From the NCBI GenBank assembly GCA_965222155.1, contig CBDCTH010000012.1, positions 1,792,001-1,856,000 of the forward strand: DNA of 64,000 nt, written 5' to 3'. This DNA comes from Gammaproteobacteria bacterium. GTDB lineage: Bacteria > Pseudomonadota > Gammaproteobacteria > Eutrophobiales > Eutrophobiaceae. This document shows positions 52,927 to 63,018 of the stretch, piece by piece (positions within the stretch are counted from its first letter, which is position 1; every line of letters begins with the position of its first letter). The notes under the pieces were generated by a model. That model was not told the origin of the DNA. It saw only the letters and a program-made list of their open reading frames with translations, and did not search any database. The translations under genes and the position numbers were made by a program.

Positions 52927-53466
52927 GTGATTAACTTTGTAAATCACTATGATTTCACCACATGGTTCTGGGACAACTGGGCTTTGCATTACTCAAGTAA
53001 TTGGCGCGACAAAAACCCTGATGGACTGCCCAATTATGTGCCGAATAACGCGGTGACCCGAGTGAACGACCTGGAGCTTGATATATTTTCCGACTACATC
53101 AAGGCCCATCTGTTTACCCCAACACCTGTGGCCAACTGGCAGTCTGTGGTTCCGCTGGTTTCCTACACGGACTATCAGGGTAATAGATTGCGCACGAATC
53201 CGAGTTGCATCTATGACATTCACGCTGTATGGGATAATCAGACAGGCGCTTTTTCAGGCAAGCCTAAAATTCCCAGCGACCCGGCAGCAATCCAGGCGCC
53301 TGATATTTCGGATGATGATAAAGACAGGCAAGAGCTGTATCATGACTTGAAATCCAACCGTAAGTTTCTCCTGACAAAAGCCACACAAACAAGCTACTTG
53401 GCTGTCTATAATGTAGCTCCAAAAGGTGGAGAGACATTTATTGCCGTCAAAAATCCCAGTGAGTAA
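52927..53466 (+). CDS. Hypothetical protein (possibly a fragment)
   Basis: 179-aa open frame, Trp/Asn-rich, no motif recognised. Confidence 0.4.
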   Translation: MINFVNHYDFTTWFWDNWALHYSSNWRDKNPDGLPNYVPNNAVTRVNDLELDIFSDYIKAHLFTPTPVANWQSVVPLVSYTDYQGNRLRTNPSCIYDIHAVWDNQTGAFSGKPKIPSDPAAIQAPDISDDDKDRQELYHDLKSNRKFLLTKATQTSYLAVYNVAPKGGETFIAVKNPSE

Positions 53467-53612
53467 TGTCGCCAGAACCCCCCCCCTGTCCTGTCCTGTG
53501 CTGGCTAAGTTAATTCGTACGCGCACTATCCGACACTGCAGGCATCTTTTTCGATGTTGCCTCCACGTGTTTACGCCAAAGAACCCCGCCTTTTGGGGCC
53601 GGGTGAGCGGTC

Positions 53613-53720
53613 GATTTCAAAAAACGTCTCCACACCCAATGCCAACGTTACAAGGCGATGGGCATCAACTATCGCGTCTTCGGCAATTGGCCCAGCGACG
53701 TCTCATATCCGACACACTGA
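53613..53720 (+). pseudogene. 3' remnant of a second GH20 paralog
   Basis: DFKKRLHTQCQRYKAMGINYRVFGNWPSDVSYPTH* versus the GH20 C-terminus DFRKRIEIQCQRYAAMGINYRVYGEWPSDFTYMAN*. Confidence 0.85.
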
Positions 53721-53832
53721 ATGTGATAATACACTACTCTAATCTTGAGTTCCGTCTACCCCAAGTTGATCTTAACCCGCATATATGATCAGCCCCGGTT
53801 TTACAAGGGTTGAATGGGTCTGTGGGAAGCAG

Positions 53833-54873
53833 TCAGTTGCTGCCATATATCCGGCCTCTGTGTGGGGGTGGTTGACCTCCCCCGGGCACCGGGATTGGCA
53901 CTTCCCTATAGGTTTCTACAAGAAAAGCATCGATCCCATTGTTGCGTTGGACCGGAACGTGGGGAATTCCATTCAAGAGTGACAGGGCGTTGCTATCCGC
54001 GGTCCTGTAGGAATCAACACCGTTTTTCAGAAGATTGGACTCGGTCTTCCCGGGCTCAGCCAGCCGGCGACGTGTCAGCTTCACAGCCTCAGCAGACGCG
54101 TCAATACCAATGGCTGATCTGCCAAGCAGTTTCGCAGCCACAAGGGTAGTTCCACTACCGCAGAATGGATCAAGTACGATATCACCCTCGTCAGTCGCGA
54201 GGCAGATGATCTGCTCAAGAAGCAATACAGGCTTTTGAGTTGGATAGCCCGTCCTTTCTTTCGCCTTTGGATTCAAAAACGGGATCTCCCAAACGTCGCT
54301 CAGTGGGACTCCGCGTTTGCTGCCGGAAATAATAACGTCTCCGTTCTGGTCCCGCGCGTATACCGACTTGTTTGCCGCGTCACGACTGCGGCGTTGAAGA
54401 ATCTGGTCGACGTTGGTGGTCGAGGAGTAGTCCTTAAAGATCGGGTTGAACTTATAGCCGCGGATCTTCGCGTAGAAGATAATGGTCTGATGTGCCGGCA
54501 GGAGTTTTCGCGCGGAGTTTGACCATCTCTTGTAACTCCAGATAATCTCGGACTGGAAACGCTCCGCCCCAAATACCTCATCAAGGATGATTCTGGCAAC
54601 ATGAGAGGCCGTTTTATCGCAGTGAAAGAAAATAGAACCGGTTGATTTAAGGACTCGATGCAGCTCCGCGATGCGGTCACACAAGAAAGACGCATAATGC
54701 GAAATCGAGTTCCAATGGTCGTCAAATGAGAATTCCTGGCTTCGGTCCCGGGTTTTCAGACGTTGTTTGCGTTGCGTGAAAAAGGGAGGATCAAGGTACA
54801 CCAGGTCGATACCGGCCCCGGCCCGAGAGCGAAGTATGTCGATGCAATCGCCTTGATGGACTTCTGTTTCCAT
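53833..54873 (-). CDS. Beta-class N6A/N4C DNA methyltransferase (C-terminus may be truncated)
   Basis: YLDPPF motif IV precedes YPTQKP and DPFCGSGTT motif I. Confidence 0.88.
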   Translation of the reverse strand: METEVHQGDCIDILRSRAGAGIDLVYLDPPFFTQRKQRLKTRDRSQEFSFDDHWNSISHYASFLCDRIAELHRVLKSTGSIFFHCDKTASHVARIILDEVFGAERFQSEIIWSYKRWSNSARKLLPAHQTIIFYAKIRGYKFNPIFKDYSSTTNVDQILQRRSRDAANKSVYARDQNGDVIISGSKRGVPLSDVWEIPFLNPKAKERTGYPTQKPVLLLEQIICLATDEGDIVLDPFCGSGTTLVAAKLLGRSAIGIDASAEAVKLTRRRLAEPGKTESNLLKNGVDSYRTADSNALSLLNGIPHVPVQRNNGIDAFLVETYREVPIPVPGGGQPPPHRGRIYGSN

Positions 54874-54874
54874 T

Positions 54875-54952
54875 TTATCTGGTATTCTCCTGAGCCAGCT
54901 CTCTAAGAATGGCCAGCAGGTCCACCTCAGTTCGGTCTTTCACGAATTGCCA
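54875..54952 (-). pseudogene. 3' remnant of the upstream gene, possibly the cognate restriction endonuclease
   Basis: WQFVKDRTEVDLLAILRELAQENTR* ends 1 nt before the MTase ATG and is cut at the direct repeat. Confidence 0.5.
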
Positions 54953-54953
54953 A

Positions 54954-55067
54954 TTTGTTACCAGGTCGCATCATTACTTGGTGATGAGGCCGAGAAATCC
55001 CTCCAGCGAGTGCGCGCCAGCGTCGTTTCCCTGCATGGCATCGTCCCACAACAACCTATCGGCGATT
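54954..55067 (+). repeat. 114-bp direct repeat, right copy (rpiR 3' end, followed by TGA)
   Basis: Matches 20517-20630. Confidence 0.92.
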
Positions 55068-55220
55068 GACCCTGGAAGGTATCCAGGTGGCCCGGCAGGG
55101 GGGGCAGGCACCAGGCATTGCGGATAACCTCGGCAGAGCCGGTGGTTTCGGGCATTAAATGACAGACAAGGTTGGTTTGTTCACTGGATTCCGGCAGGCG
55201 CCGTCATGACATGTAGTCAC

Positions 55221-56513
55221 TCATTGCTCCAGCCTATTACGGTAAACCTTGCCGCCTTTCATCACCAGCAGGATATTGCGTAATGCCTTGATGTCTTTGG
55301 TCGGGTCCTTGTCCACGGCAACGAGATCGGCGTATTTGCCCGACTCCAGTGAACCGATCTCACCCTCCGCCTCCAGCAGTCTGGCAGTTTCTATGGTTGC
55401 CGAGCGCAGTGCCTGTAGCGGCGTCATGCCGGCTTCGACATAGTATTGCGCCTCGCGGGCGGTTGCCGTGGTCCCGTCATTGGGTTCGGAAGGCAACTGG
55501 TCGGTACCCAGGGCAATGTTGACCCCTTCTTCAATAGCCATCTCCAGTGCCTTCCAGTGTGACTTACCGGCGGAATTACGCCGTTCCAGGTACCACGGAG
55601 GAGAACCGATCCGCTCAAAAAACGGCTGTGTTGCGGGCGCGGTGACAACGATGGTAGGCACCAGCCAGGTGCCGTGTTCTTTCATTTTCTTCAGGGTCTT
55701 TCGATCCAGGAAATAACCGTGTTCGACACAATCAAGCCCGGCGTCTACGGCAATGTCCGTCGCTGCCGGGGACCCGGAGTGGGCCGTCACCTTCACACCG
55801 AAGCGATGGGCCGCATCGATCACTGCATGGATTTCCTCGGGCGTCATCAACGCCGCGGCAAGACCGCCGCCGTCGGTCGCTATCCCGCCCGATATCAGTA
55901 TCTTGAGCCACTTAGCCCCGGCGCTGATCTGTGTGCGCGCCGCTTTTACCAGTTCGTCCGGGCCGTCATAACTCTTCTTTCCCGGCTTTTTCGAACCGTG
56001 TCCCGCGGTAATGGTGAGCGTTTCGCCAGCGCTGAAGATACGCGGACCGTCGGCCTGACCCTTGTTTATCGCTCTCATCAAGGCCAGGTCGGCATGGGCC
56101 CGGCTACCCGTCAGGCGAATAGTGGTGACGCCGGCCTGCAGGCTTTCACGCGCGTTCGCAGCCATGCGCAGTGCCAGTGCCGCCTCGCTTTCATTGTACA
56201 GTTCAGCCGTCATCTTGCCGGGCATAACGAGGCCTAGGTGGACGTGCATATTCATCAGGCCGGGGATCAGCCAAGTACCCCTGGCGTCTATCTGTTCGGC
56301 CCCATCCGGGACGTTCACGCTGCCTGCTTCGCCGATTGCTGCGATCCTGTCCCCTTCAACGAGAATAACGGCATTCTCAATCGGCGCTTTACCCTCCAGG
56401 TCTACCACCGTGCCACCGACAATGGCAGTGGCTACAGCCGTATCTGCGGCCTGGGCTGATATCGCAAGAAAAATCAGAAATATAATGCTGAATTGTGACT
56501 GGGTTAAATTCAT
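55221..56513 (-). CDS. Secreted amidohydrolase (Xaa-Pro dipeptidase-like), paralog 1
   Basis: Signal peptide AQA; PGLMNMHVH, TAH, VEHG, GTD and GKYAD motifs. Confidence 0.88.
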   Translation of the reverse strand: MNLTQSQFSIIFLIFLAISAQAADTAVATAIVGGTVVDLEGKAPIENAVILVEGDRIAAIGEAGSVNVPDGAEQIDARGTWLIPGLMNMHVHLGLVMPGKMTAELYNESEAALALRMAANARESLQAGVTTIRLTGSRAHADLALMRAINKGQADGPRIFSAGETLTITAGHGSKKPGKKSYDGPDELVKAARTQISAGAKWLKILISGGIATDGGGLAAALMTPEEIHAVIDAAHRFGVKVTAHSGSPAATDIAVDAGLDCVEHGYFLDRKTLKKMKEHGTWLVPTIVVTAPATQPFFERIGSPPWYLERRNSAGKSHWKALEMAIEEGVNIALGTDQLPSEPNDGTTATAREAQYYVEAGMTPLQALRSATIETARLLEAEGEIGSLESGKYADLVAVDKDPTKDIKALRNILLVMKGGKVYRNRLEQ

Positions 56514-56593
56514 TTCACTTGCCTCCAGTTCGGGTATGGCACCCTCTCCGTGCCATCCGGTATGTCGCAAACCGGGGGGCAGGCTTAGTGTCC

Positions 56594-56618
56594 GGGGACG
56601 GATTTCAAATCCGTCCCC
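56594..56618. repeat. Perfect palindrome GGGGACGGATTT-C-AAATCCGTCCCC (REP/terminator-like)
   Basis: 12-bp arms between the tandem amidohydrolases; T-tract on the + side. Confidence 0.7.
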
Positions 56619-56633
56619 TTTTTTTATTTATTA

Positions 56634-57920
56634 CTACAGCTTATTACGGTAGACCTTGCCGCCTTTCATCACCAACAGGATATTGCGCAGTGCCTTGATG
56701 TCTTCCGTGGGATCCTTGTCTACTGCTACGATATCGGCATATTTGCCCTCTACCAGCGAACCGATCTCATCGTCCGCCTCCAGCAACCTGGCAGTCTCTA
56801 TGGTTGCGGAGCGCAAGGCCTGCAGCGGCGTCATGCCTGCTTCCACGTAGTATTGCGCTTCGCGCACGGTTGCCGTGGTCCCGTCATTGGGTTCGGAAGG
56901 TAACTGATCCGTACCCAGAGCAATATTGACCCCTTCTTCAATGGCCATCTGAAGTGCCTGCCAGTGCGCCTTGCCGGCAGAGTTACGCCTTTCCAGGTAC
57001 CATGGAGGGGAACCAATCCGTTCAAAAAACGGTTGTGTTGCGGGTTGGCTAACGACGATAGTCGGCACCAGCCAGGTGCCGTGCTCTTTCATTTTCTTGA
57101 GGGTCTTTCTATCAAGAAAATAGCCGTGTTCAACACAATCAAGCCCGGCGTCTATGGCGATATCCGTCGCCACCGGAGAACCGGAATGGGCCGTCACCTT
57201 CGCCCCGAAGCGATGAGCCGCGTCAATTACTGCGTGTATTTCCTCGGGCGTCATCAGGGCATTGGCAAGACCTCCACCATCGGTGGCTATACCGCCCGAT
57301 ATGAGTATCTTGATCCATTTTGCCCCGGCGCTGATCTGCGTACGCGCCGCCTTTACCAGTTCGTAGGGGCCATCATAATTTTTCTTCCCATCCTTTTTCG
57401 AACCGTGCCCTGCAGTAATAGACAGCGATTCGCCGGAGCTGAATATTCGGGGGCCATCGGCCTGACCTTTATTTATTGCCCTCATCAGGGCCAGGTCGGC
57501 ATGAGCCCGATCGCCCGGCAAACGAATGGTAGTCACACCGGCCTGCAGGCTCTCCCGCGCCGCTGCAGCCATGCGCAGAGCCAGTGCCGCTTCGGATTCG
57601 TTGGCCAATTCCGCTTTCATCTTACCGGGTAGAACAAGACCGAGATGAACGTGCATATTCATAAGACCGGGGATCAGCCAGGTACCCTTGGCGTCTATCT
57701 GCTCGGCCCCGTCAGGGATTTCCACACTGCCGGCTGCGCCGATTGCCGCGATCCTGTCCCCCTCAACGACAATAACAGCATTTTCAATCGGTGCTTTACC
57801 GTCCAGGTCTACCACCGTGCCGCCGACAATGGCTATAGTCCCGGCAGCGTTTGCAACCTGGACAAATGCTGTGAGAAAAACTATAAAAACAACGCTGATG
57901 TGTGTGCGGGACATATTCAT
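56634..57920 (-). CDS. Secreted amidohydrolase, paralog 2
   Basis: Near-identical mature sequence to paralog 1; GGAGG RBS. Confidence 0.9.
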   Translation of the reverse strand: MNMSRTHISVVFIVFLTAFVQVANAAGTIAIVGGTVVDLDGKAPIENAVIVVEGDRIAAIGAAGSVEIPDGAEQIDAKGTWLIPGLMNMHVHLGLVLPGKMKAELANESEAALALRMAAAARESLQAGVTTIRLPGDRAHADLALMRAINKGQADGPRIFSSGESLSITAGHGSKKDGKKNYDGPYELVKAARTQISAGAKWIKILISGGIATDGGGLANALMTPEEIHAVIDAAHRFGAKVTAHSGSPVATDIAIDAGLDCVEHGYFLDRKTLKKMKEHGTWLVPTIVVSQPATQPFFERIGSPPWYLERRNSAGKAHWQALQMAIEEGVNIALGTDQLPSEPNDGTTATVREAQYYVEAGMTPLQALRSATIETARLLEADDEIGSLVEGKYADIVAVDKDPTEDIKALRNILLVMKGGKVYRNKL

Positions 57921-57962
57921 TTCAAGTTACCTCCCCCTATATGGTATGACACGGTTCCCTCT

Positions 57963-58001
57963 GTCATTCCGGCTTCCGCGTTATGGCGAAAGCCGGAATC
58001 T
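57963..58001. repeat. REP-like GTCATTCCGGC..GAAAGCCGGAATC; related copies at ~19550-19563 and ~55185-55210
   Basis: Palindromic arms read directly. Confidence 0.55.
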
Positions 58002-58024
58002 CCTCCATGTACAAGAAAAACAGA

Positions 58025-60325
58025 CTACTCGCCGTATGTATATCTCATGCGAATGCCGTAAGTCCGGAAGGACGGTTCAACTGACATACCGCTGGCCCAG
58101 GCCTTGACGTAGGCGTTCGGGTAATAATTACTATCAAACAGGTTCTCTGCATACCCGGTTATGGTAAAGTTCTTGTGGCGAATGCCGGCACGCAGGTTGA
58201 AGAAATCGTAGCTGGGCACATCATAGGGAAAGCCCTCGTGTATCAGCCCGGCAACATTGGTTTTAGTCCCGTCTCTATAAGTCCACTCAAGTTGGGCGAA
58301 ACCATCGTAATTCGGACTGATATTAAACATATATTCGGCGTCCGCAGCCAGGGTCCACTCGGGGGCTAGAGGCGTCCTCTGGCCATCCAATACATTATTC
58401 TGCCCTTCAATAAAGATAACGGCTTCGTCAAACTTTGCGCTCAGATAACCGATGTCTAAATTCACTCTGAGGTTATCGATGGGTAAGGCAGTAAGTGAAA
58501 ACTCAACGCCTTTGGAAATCGCGGATTCTGCGTTACTGACGATATCAAATCCCGCCAACGCGCCATCTATCACTACGAATTGCAGAAAATCCGCCTGCAT
58601 ATCAGTCCATTTCATGTAAAACACGGAAGCGTTGAGTCTCAGTCTGTTATCAAAAAGGTCCGCCTTTACACCGAGTTCATAGTTCCACATAGTCTCCGGT
58701 TTAAAGAACCGCGTCAGTTCCTCGGAACCGGTCTCAAGCGAAATTATTGCAGCATCGGTATTTATGCCGGCAGACTTGAAACCCTTTGAGATCGTTCCAT
58801 AGAGGTTAATGTCATCGGTGACACCATAGTTAACCGAGAACCGTGGAGAGAAATTAGTAAATTTTTGCTTGACCGTAGCGATTTGCCTGAAAGTTGCTGC
58901 AAGATAATTAACATCCGCATCCATAGTTTCTTCACTGTACCGTCCACCCAGGGAAATAGTCAGATTTTCCGTGAACTCCGCGTCAAACTGTCCGAATACG
59001 CCCCAAGTTTCAATCCCTTCAAAGTCATTTCCGTCACTGACAGCTATACCTGCAGGCGCTCCAAACCCATTATCCACGCCGGTAAAGGTTTTACTCCTGA
59101 TATGTCCGTTGTCATCGGCATACAAGGCCCCTATATTCCACTGAAAGCGACCTTCATTGGTGTTCTGTATACGTACTTCCTGGCTGAAGCTGTCGCGTTC
59201 AATATTCCGAAATTCATTCCATGCATCAATACTGGCGCCATCCACGTCGCCATTCAGGTAAAAGTCGGAGTTGATATAGCCGGAGATGCTCGTGAACAAC
59301 ACGTCCCCCAGTTCATAATCCACTCGCCCGGTTATCATCCGGTAATTGGTACCCACGTTCTGGGGATGGTCAAAATTCACCCTGTTTCTGTTTTCAGGAT
59401 AAAACCCGACTCCATCATGAAGCGGCTCCCGGATACCATCATTATTGGCATCCGGAAATCTTATGCTGTCTCTCTGAAAAAGAAAATTACCAAAATTCGA
59501 GAATACACCCGACGGGACGCCTTCGCGCATACCCGCTTTCTCAGAGACAAGCGTTCCCGTGATATCTACCGTCAGGTTTTCGGTAGGGGTGAAACGAATT
59601 ATCGATCTGGCGTATTTATACTCCGAGTCATTACCACCGCCGATAGGATTGATATTTTTGATATTCCCGTCAGATTCGGTATATTTGATGTTACCGCGCA
59701 CAGCCAGAACGTCTTTCACGATTGGGAGGTTCACAATAGCTTCAACGTCCTTGGTGTCAAAGCGGGAATAATCCACCATGACAGACCCCGCCAGGTCGTT
59801 ATGGGGTTTTTTTGAGGTAATACTTATGCCGCCTGCCAGGGCATTCCTGCCGAAGTAAGTCGCCTGGGGGCCGCGCAACACCTCTATGCGCTCGACGTCC
59901 AAGATAGGCGGGTTGCCTGAACTGCCAATGATACTGAAATCATCCAGGTAAAAAGCAAACGTGGAAGGTCGCATCGTGCGATTGACATTCAACAGGTTCG
60001 TCGCTCCCCGAATGGCCAGTTCCCGCCGTGACTTGGAACCGACAGAGGTCCAAGCAGCGTTGGGAGTGCGGACAAGATAATCCGTTACATCCTGAAACAT
60101 AAAAGACTCGACGGCATCGGCGCTGAACGCGGAGATACTGATCGGCACATCCTGCAGGTTCTGCTCGCGTCGTTGCGCGGTGACCACCACCTCTTCAATC
60201 CCGACGCTGTCCTGGGCAACGATAGCGCTCGAAAACCCCAGCAGCAGGATTCCGAAACTCGTGATCAACAGTCGCACAACGCTACCTGAATTATTATTAA
60301 TATTATTAACATTTTTTCTGCTCAT
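58025..60325 (-). CDS. TonB-dependent receptor
   Basis: IEEVVVTAQRREQNLQDVP, ERIEVLRGPQ, KGFKSAG, NYELG and ENLFD motifs; GGAGG RBS before ATG 60325. Confidence 0.93.
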   Translation of the reverse strand: MSRKNVNNINNNSGSVVRLLITSFGILLLGFSSAIVAQDSVGIEEVVVTAQRREQNLQDVPISISAFSADAVESFMFQDVTDYLVRTPNAAWTSVGSKSRRELAIRGATNLLNVNRTMRPSTFAFYLDDFSIIGSSGNPPILDVERIEVLRGPQATYFGRNALAGGISITSKKPHNDLAGSVMVDYSRFDTKDVEAIVNLPIVKDVLAVRGNIKYTESDGNIKNINPIGGGNDSEYKYARSIIRFTPTENLTVDITGTLVSEKAGMREGVPSGVFSNFGNFLFQRDSIRFPDANNDGIREPLHDGVGFYPENRNRVNFDHPQNVGTNYRMITGRVDYELGDVLFTSISGYINSDFYLNGDVDGASIDAWNEFRNIERDSFSQEVRIQNTNEGRFQWNIGALYADDNGHIRSKTFTGVDNGFGAPAGIAVSDGNDFEGIETWGVFGQFDAEFTENLTISLGGRYSEETMDADVNYLAATFRQIATVKQKFTNFSPRFSVNYGVTDDINLYGTISKGFKSAGINTDAAIISLETGSEELTRFFKPETMWNYELGVKADLFDNRLRLNASVFYMKWTDMQADFLQFVVIDGALAGFDIVSNAESAISKGVEFSLTALPIDNLRVNLDIGYLSAKFDEAVIFIEGQNNVLDGQRTPLAPEWTLAADAEYMFNISPNYDGFAQLEWTYRDGTKTNVAGLIHEGFPYDVPSYDFFNLRAGIRHKNFTITGYAENLFDSNYYPNAYVKAWASGMSVEPSFRTYGIRMRYTYGE

Positions 60326-60353
60326 ATTCCTCCCCTCTCTGACGTGGCATTTG

Positions 60354-60899
60354 CTATTGAGTATCTGTGGACATGGCCACCGCATCAGCGGCAGCCGGTT
60401 GGTTGTATCTCACAAAATTGATCAATGAGATCCTGCCGTCTTCTACAGCGGCATAACCCATTAAGTGAGAAAGCCGGTCTGCACCGTTAGCACGTGCGCG
60501 GACCAGGTGATAAGTAAAGATTCGGTCGCCGGACGCAGTTTCAAACTCCTCTTCGAACGGCAATACAATTTCTATCGATTCGGAACGCGCCTGGACGCCC
60601 CTGAAATGTTCGACCATGGGTTTGATGCCTCGCATCAGTTCATTGCCATTGATGATAATGGCCGCATCCTCGGTGTAATACTCACGAAAAGCCTCTTCCG
60701 TCAAGCCGTCGGGAGTATTCATGGCAGCGTTCCACCAGTCAAACATCCGTACCAGTACGTTGGCATCACTCTGTTCTGCGAAAACAGGAGTTCCCAACTG
60801 GCACAGCAACGTTATGAATATTATTTTTATAAAATAAATTATCAGCAGGCATCCCCTTACCAATGAGGCACGGAACTCGTCTACCCGTTCCGTTGACAC
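60354..60899 (-). CDS. Exported SnoaL/NTF2-like protein
   Basis: Signal-like segment; YYTEDA.IIING...RG pattern. Start uncertain. Confidence 0.6.
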   Translation of the reverse strand: MSTERVDEFRASLVRGCLLIIYFIKIIFITLLCQLGTPVFAEQSDANVLVRMFDWWNAAMNTPDGLTEEAFREYYTEDAAIIINGNELMRGIKPMVEHFRGVQARSESIEIVLPFEEEFETASGDRIFTYHLVRARANGADRLSHLMGYAAVEDGRISLINFVRYNQPAAADAVAMSTDTQ

Positions 60900-61255
60900 G
60901 GGAGTCCCTGTCCCCTACCCAATATTTAGATTACGTGTAAGTTTAACCCACACATATTGTTGTTTCAATACATAACACAATAAAATATTGTTGGTTGTTC
61001 ACAACAATACAGGAAAATCTTTCATTGAGCCTCACCTGCGAACCAGACACCTGTAAATTGATGGATATTTTGGGTCAGAGTAAAAATACAGTCAGTTTGG
61101 CAAGTGGTAGTGGCTTGTTGTTGAGTATTTTTACTCTGACCCCATGCATTAGGTTATTGAGAAGTTACCTTTTCGCTGTTACCTTTTCGCTTGACAAGTC
61201 ACAGCCAATCCTTATATTAACCATCATCAGCTTAAGAAATTTCAGGAATTACGAC

Positions 61256-61486
61256 ATGGATAAGCAAACAGTCACTACAGTAGTATCCGTTGCACTTGGC
61301 GTTTTTACTATCATCGGTACAATCCTGCCCTCTGTATTCTGGTCCCACGGCAGGTTATCCGACCAGATTACAACCATAGAAACCCGTTTGGACGATATTG
61401 ACAACCGTCTTGTTGCGGTGGAAACCACCCTGGAAGTGCGTCAATACGGTCAATTCGTTGAACCTGAAGTTCCGGGTGGTTCCTGA
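61256..61486 (+). CDS. Small TM + coiled-coil protein
   Basis: AGGA RBS; upstream TTGACA-N16-TATATT (61191-61218); MDKQ-TM-IETRLDDIDNRLVAVE. Confidence 0.6.
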   Translation: MDKQTVTTVVSVALGVFTIIGTILPSVFWSHGRLSDQITTIETRLDDIDNRLVAVETTLEVRQYGQFVEPEVPGGS

Positions 61487-61536
61487 TCACTTCATCCCGT
61501 CATCAACATTAACCTGATTGAGGTTGGCTGGCCCGG

Positions 61537-63018
61537 TTAACGGGCTTTGTCTCCAATAAGCTTTTTGATGGGCTTTGCTGCCGCCAACAGCAACAGTCCC
61601 GACCCCATCGCTACGGCAATGATTTGCAGGAACAGACCCGGCATATCACTCAGTGATTCCGGGTCGAACCGCCCTGCCAGCAGGCCTGCAATCAGGTTAC
61701 CCAGTGCCGAACCGAGAAACCAGATGCCCATCATCTGACTCAGGAACCGCTTTGGTGAAAGTTTACTGATGGCGCTCAAACCTACGGGACTCAGGCATAA
61801 TTCACCGGTAGTGTGTAACAGGTAGGTGAAAAACAGCCATGTGGGTAGAACACTTTCTCCACCGGCCACGAAGCGGGACGCCAGGAATATGACAATAAAG
61901 CCAAGACCAAGCTGTATCAGTCCCAGCGCAAATTTTGTCGGCATGGACGGATCAAGATTTTGTTTCCCGAGATTTACCCACAGGGCCGCCATAAACGGAG
62001 CAAGGATCAGGATAAACATGGGATTCAGACTCTGGAACCAGCCTGCCGGTATGCTGAAACCCAGTATTTCCTTTTCCGTATAGCGTTGGGCGAACAGGTT
62101 CAGGGACGAGCCTGCCTGTTCGAAACCTGACCAGAATATGGCAGCAGCGATCACCAGGATAACAATGACGGCCACACAATTTCTTTCATCCCTGGTTAAT
62201 TCGCCGAACACAAAGATCCAGGTGAAATACAATGCCACAAGGGCAGTGATCAGGTAGGTGGAGTTTTGCGCCAGGCGCACCGGGTCGAAGCTGATAACTC
62301 CGGCTAAGCCCAGCAATACGGTAAAAATCACCAGACCCAGACCAGTGCCGATAATTAACCAGCCAAAACGCGGCGCGCTTCCGGTCCCGGTACCGTCGCG
62401 CAAATGGGCAGGATATACACCGGCGTCACGTAGGCGATAGCGAGTAAAACGGTACTGGATTAACCCCAGTAACATTCCGATTCCGGCAGCAGCAAACCCG
62501 TAGTGCCAACCGAACCTGTCATTTTCACCCAGAGTACTGCATACCAGCGGGCCAAGCATCGCTCCCAGGTTGATACCCATATAAAAAATGGTATATCCGG
62601 CATCCCTGTTGGACCCGCCCTGTGGATACAACTCACCGACGATGGCGCTGATATTCGGTTTCAACAAGCCGGTACCCAGGACTACCAGCATCAGACCGAT
62701 ATAGAAGGTCGGTTGCGCCGGGATGGCCAGGGTAAAATGCCCGAACATAATGACAATTCCCCCGTACCAGACGGCAGTCTGGGCGCCGATCATCCGGTCA
62801 GCTATCCAGCCACCCGGCAGTGCCGCCACGTAGACGGCTGCCGTGTACAAGCCGTAAATTGCAGTAGCCGTCACGTCATCCAGGCCGAGCCCGCCTTCAG
62901 CGATAGTGGTGGTCATGAACAGCACCAGCAAAGCGCGCATACCGTAATAACTGAAGCGCTCCCACATCTCCGTGAAGAACAGGGTACGCAGCCCCGGTGG
63001 ATGAACCTGCACCATCAA
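61537..63018 (-). CDS. POT/PTR di-tripeptide transporter
   Basis: EMWERFSYYGM, FYMGINLG, WFQSLNP and ELCLSPVGLS motifs. Confidence 0.95.
   Translation of the reverse strand: MMVQVHPPGLRTLFFTEMWERFSYYGMRALLVLFMTTTIAEGGLGLDDVTATAIYGLYTAAVYVAALPGGWIADRMIGAQTAVWYGGIVIMFGHFTLAIPAQPTFYIGLMLVVLGTGLLKPNISAIVGELYPQGGSNRDAGYTIFYMGINLGAMLGPLVCSTLGENDRFGWHYGFAAAGIGMLLGLIQYRFTRYRLRDAGVYPAHLRDGTGTGSAPRFGWLIIGTGLGLVIFTVLLGLAGVISFDPVRLAQNSTYLITALVALYFTWIFVFGELTRDERNCVAVIVILVIAAAIFWSGFEQAGSSLNLFAQRYTEKEILGFSIPAGWFQSLNPMFILILAPFMAALWVNLGKQNLDPSMPTKFALGLIQLGLGFIVIFLASRFVAGGESVLPTWLFFTYLLHTTGELCLSPVGLSAISKLSPKRFLSQMMGIWFLGSALGNLIAGLLAGRFDPESLSDMPGLFLQIIAVAMGSGLLLLAAAKPIKKLIGDKAR

Noticed and set aside
53862-53878. 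GTCAACCACCCC motif resembling an IscB/omega-RNA left end
   Set aside because: Only about 12 nt match, with no following hairpin and no iscB/tnpB gene.
60995-61255. N-terminal extension of the 163-aa ORF
   Set aside because: The promoter and RBS point to ATG 61256; the upstream part is AT-rich intergenic DNA.
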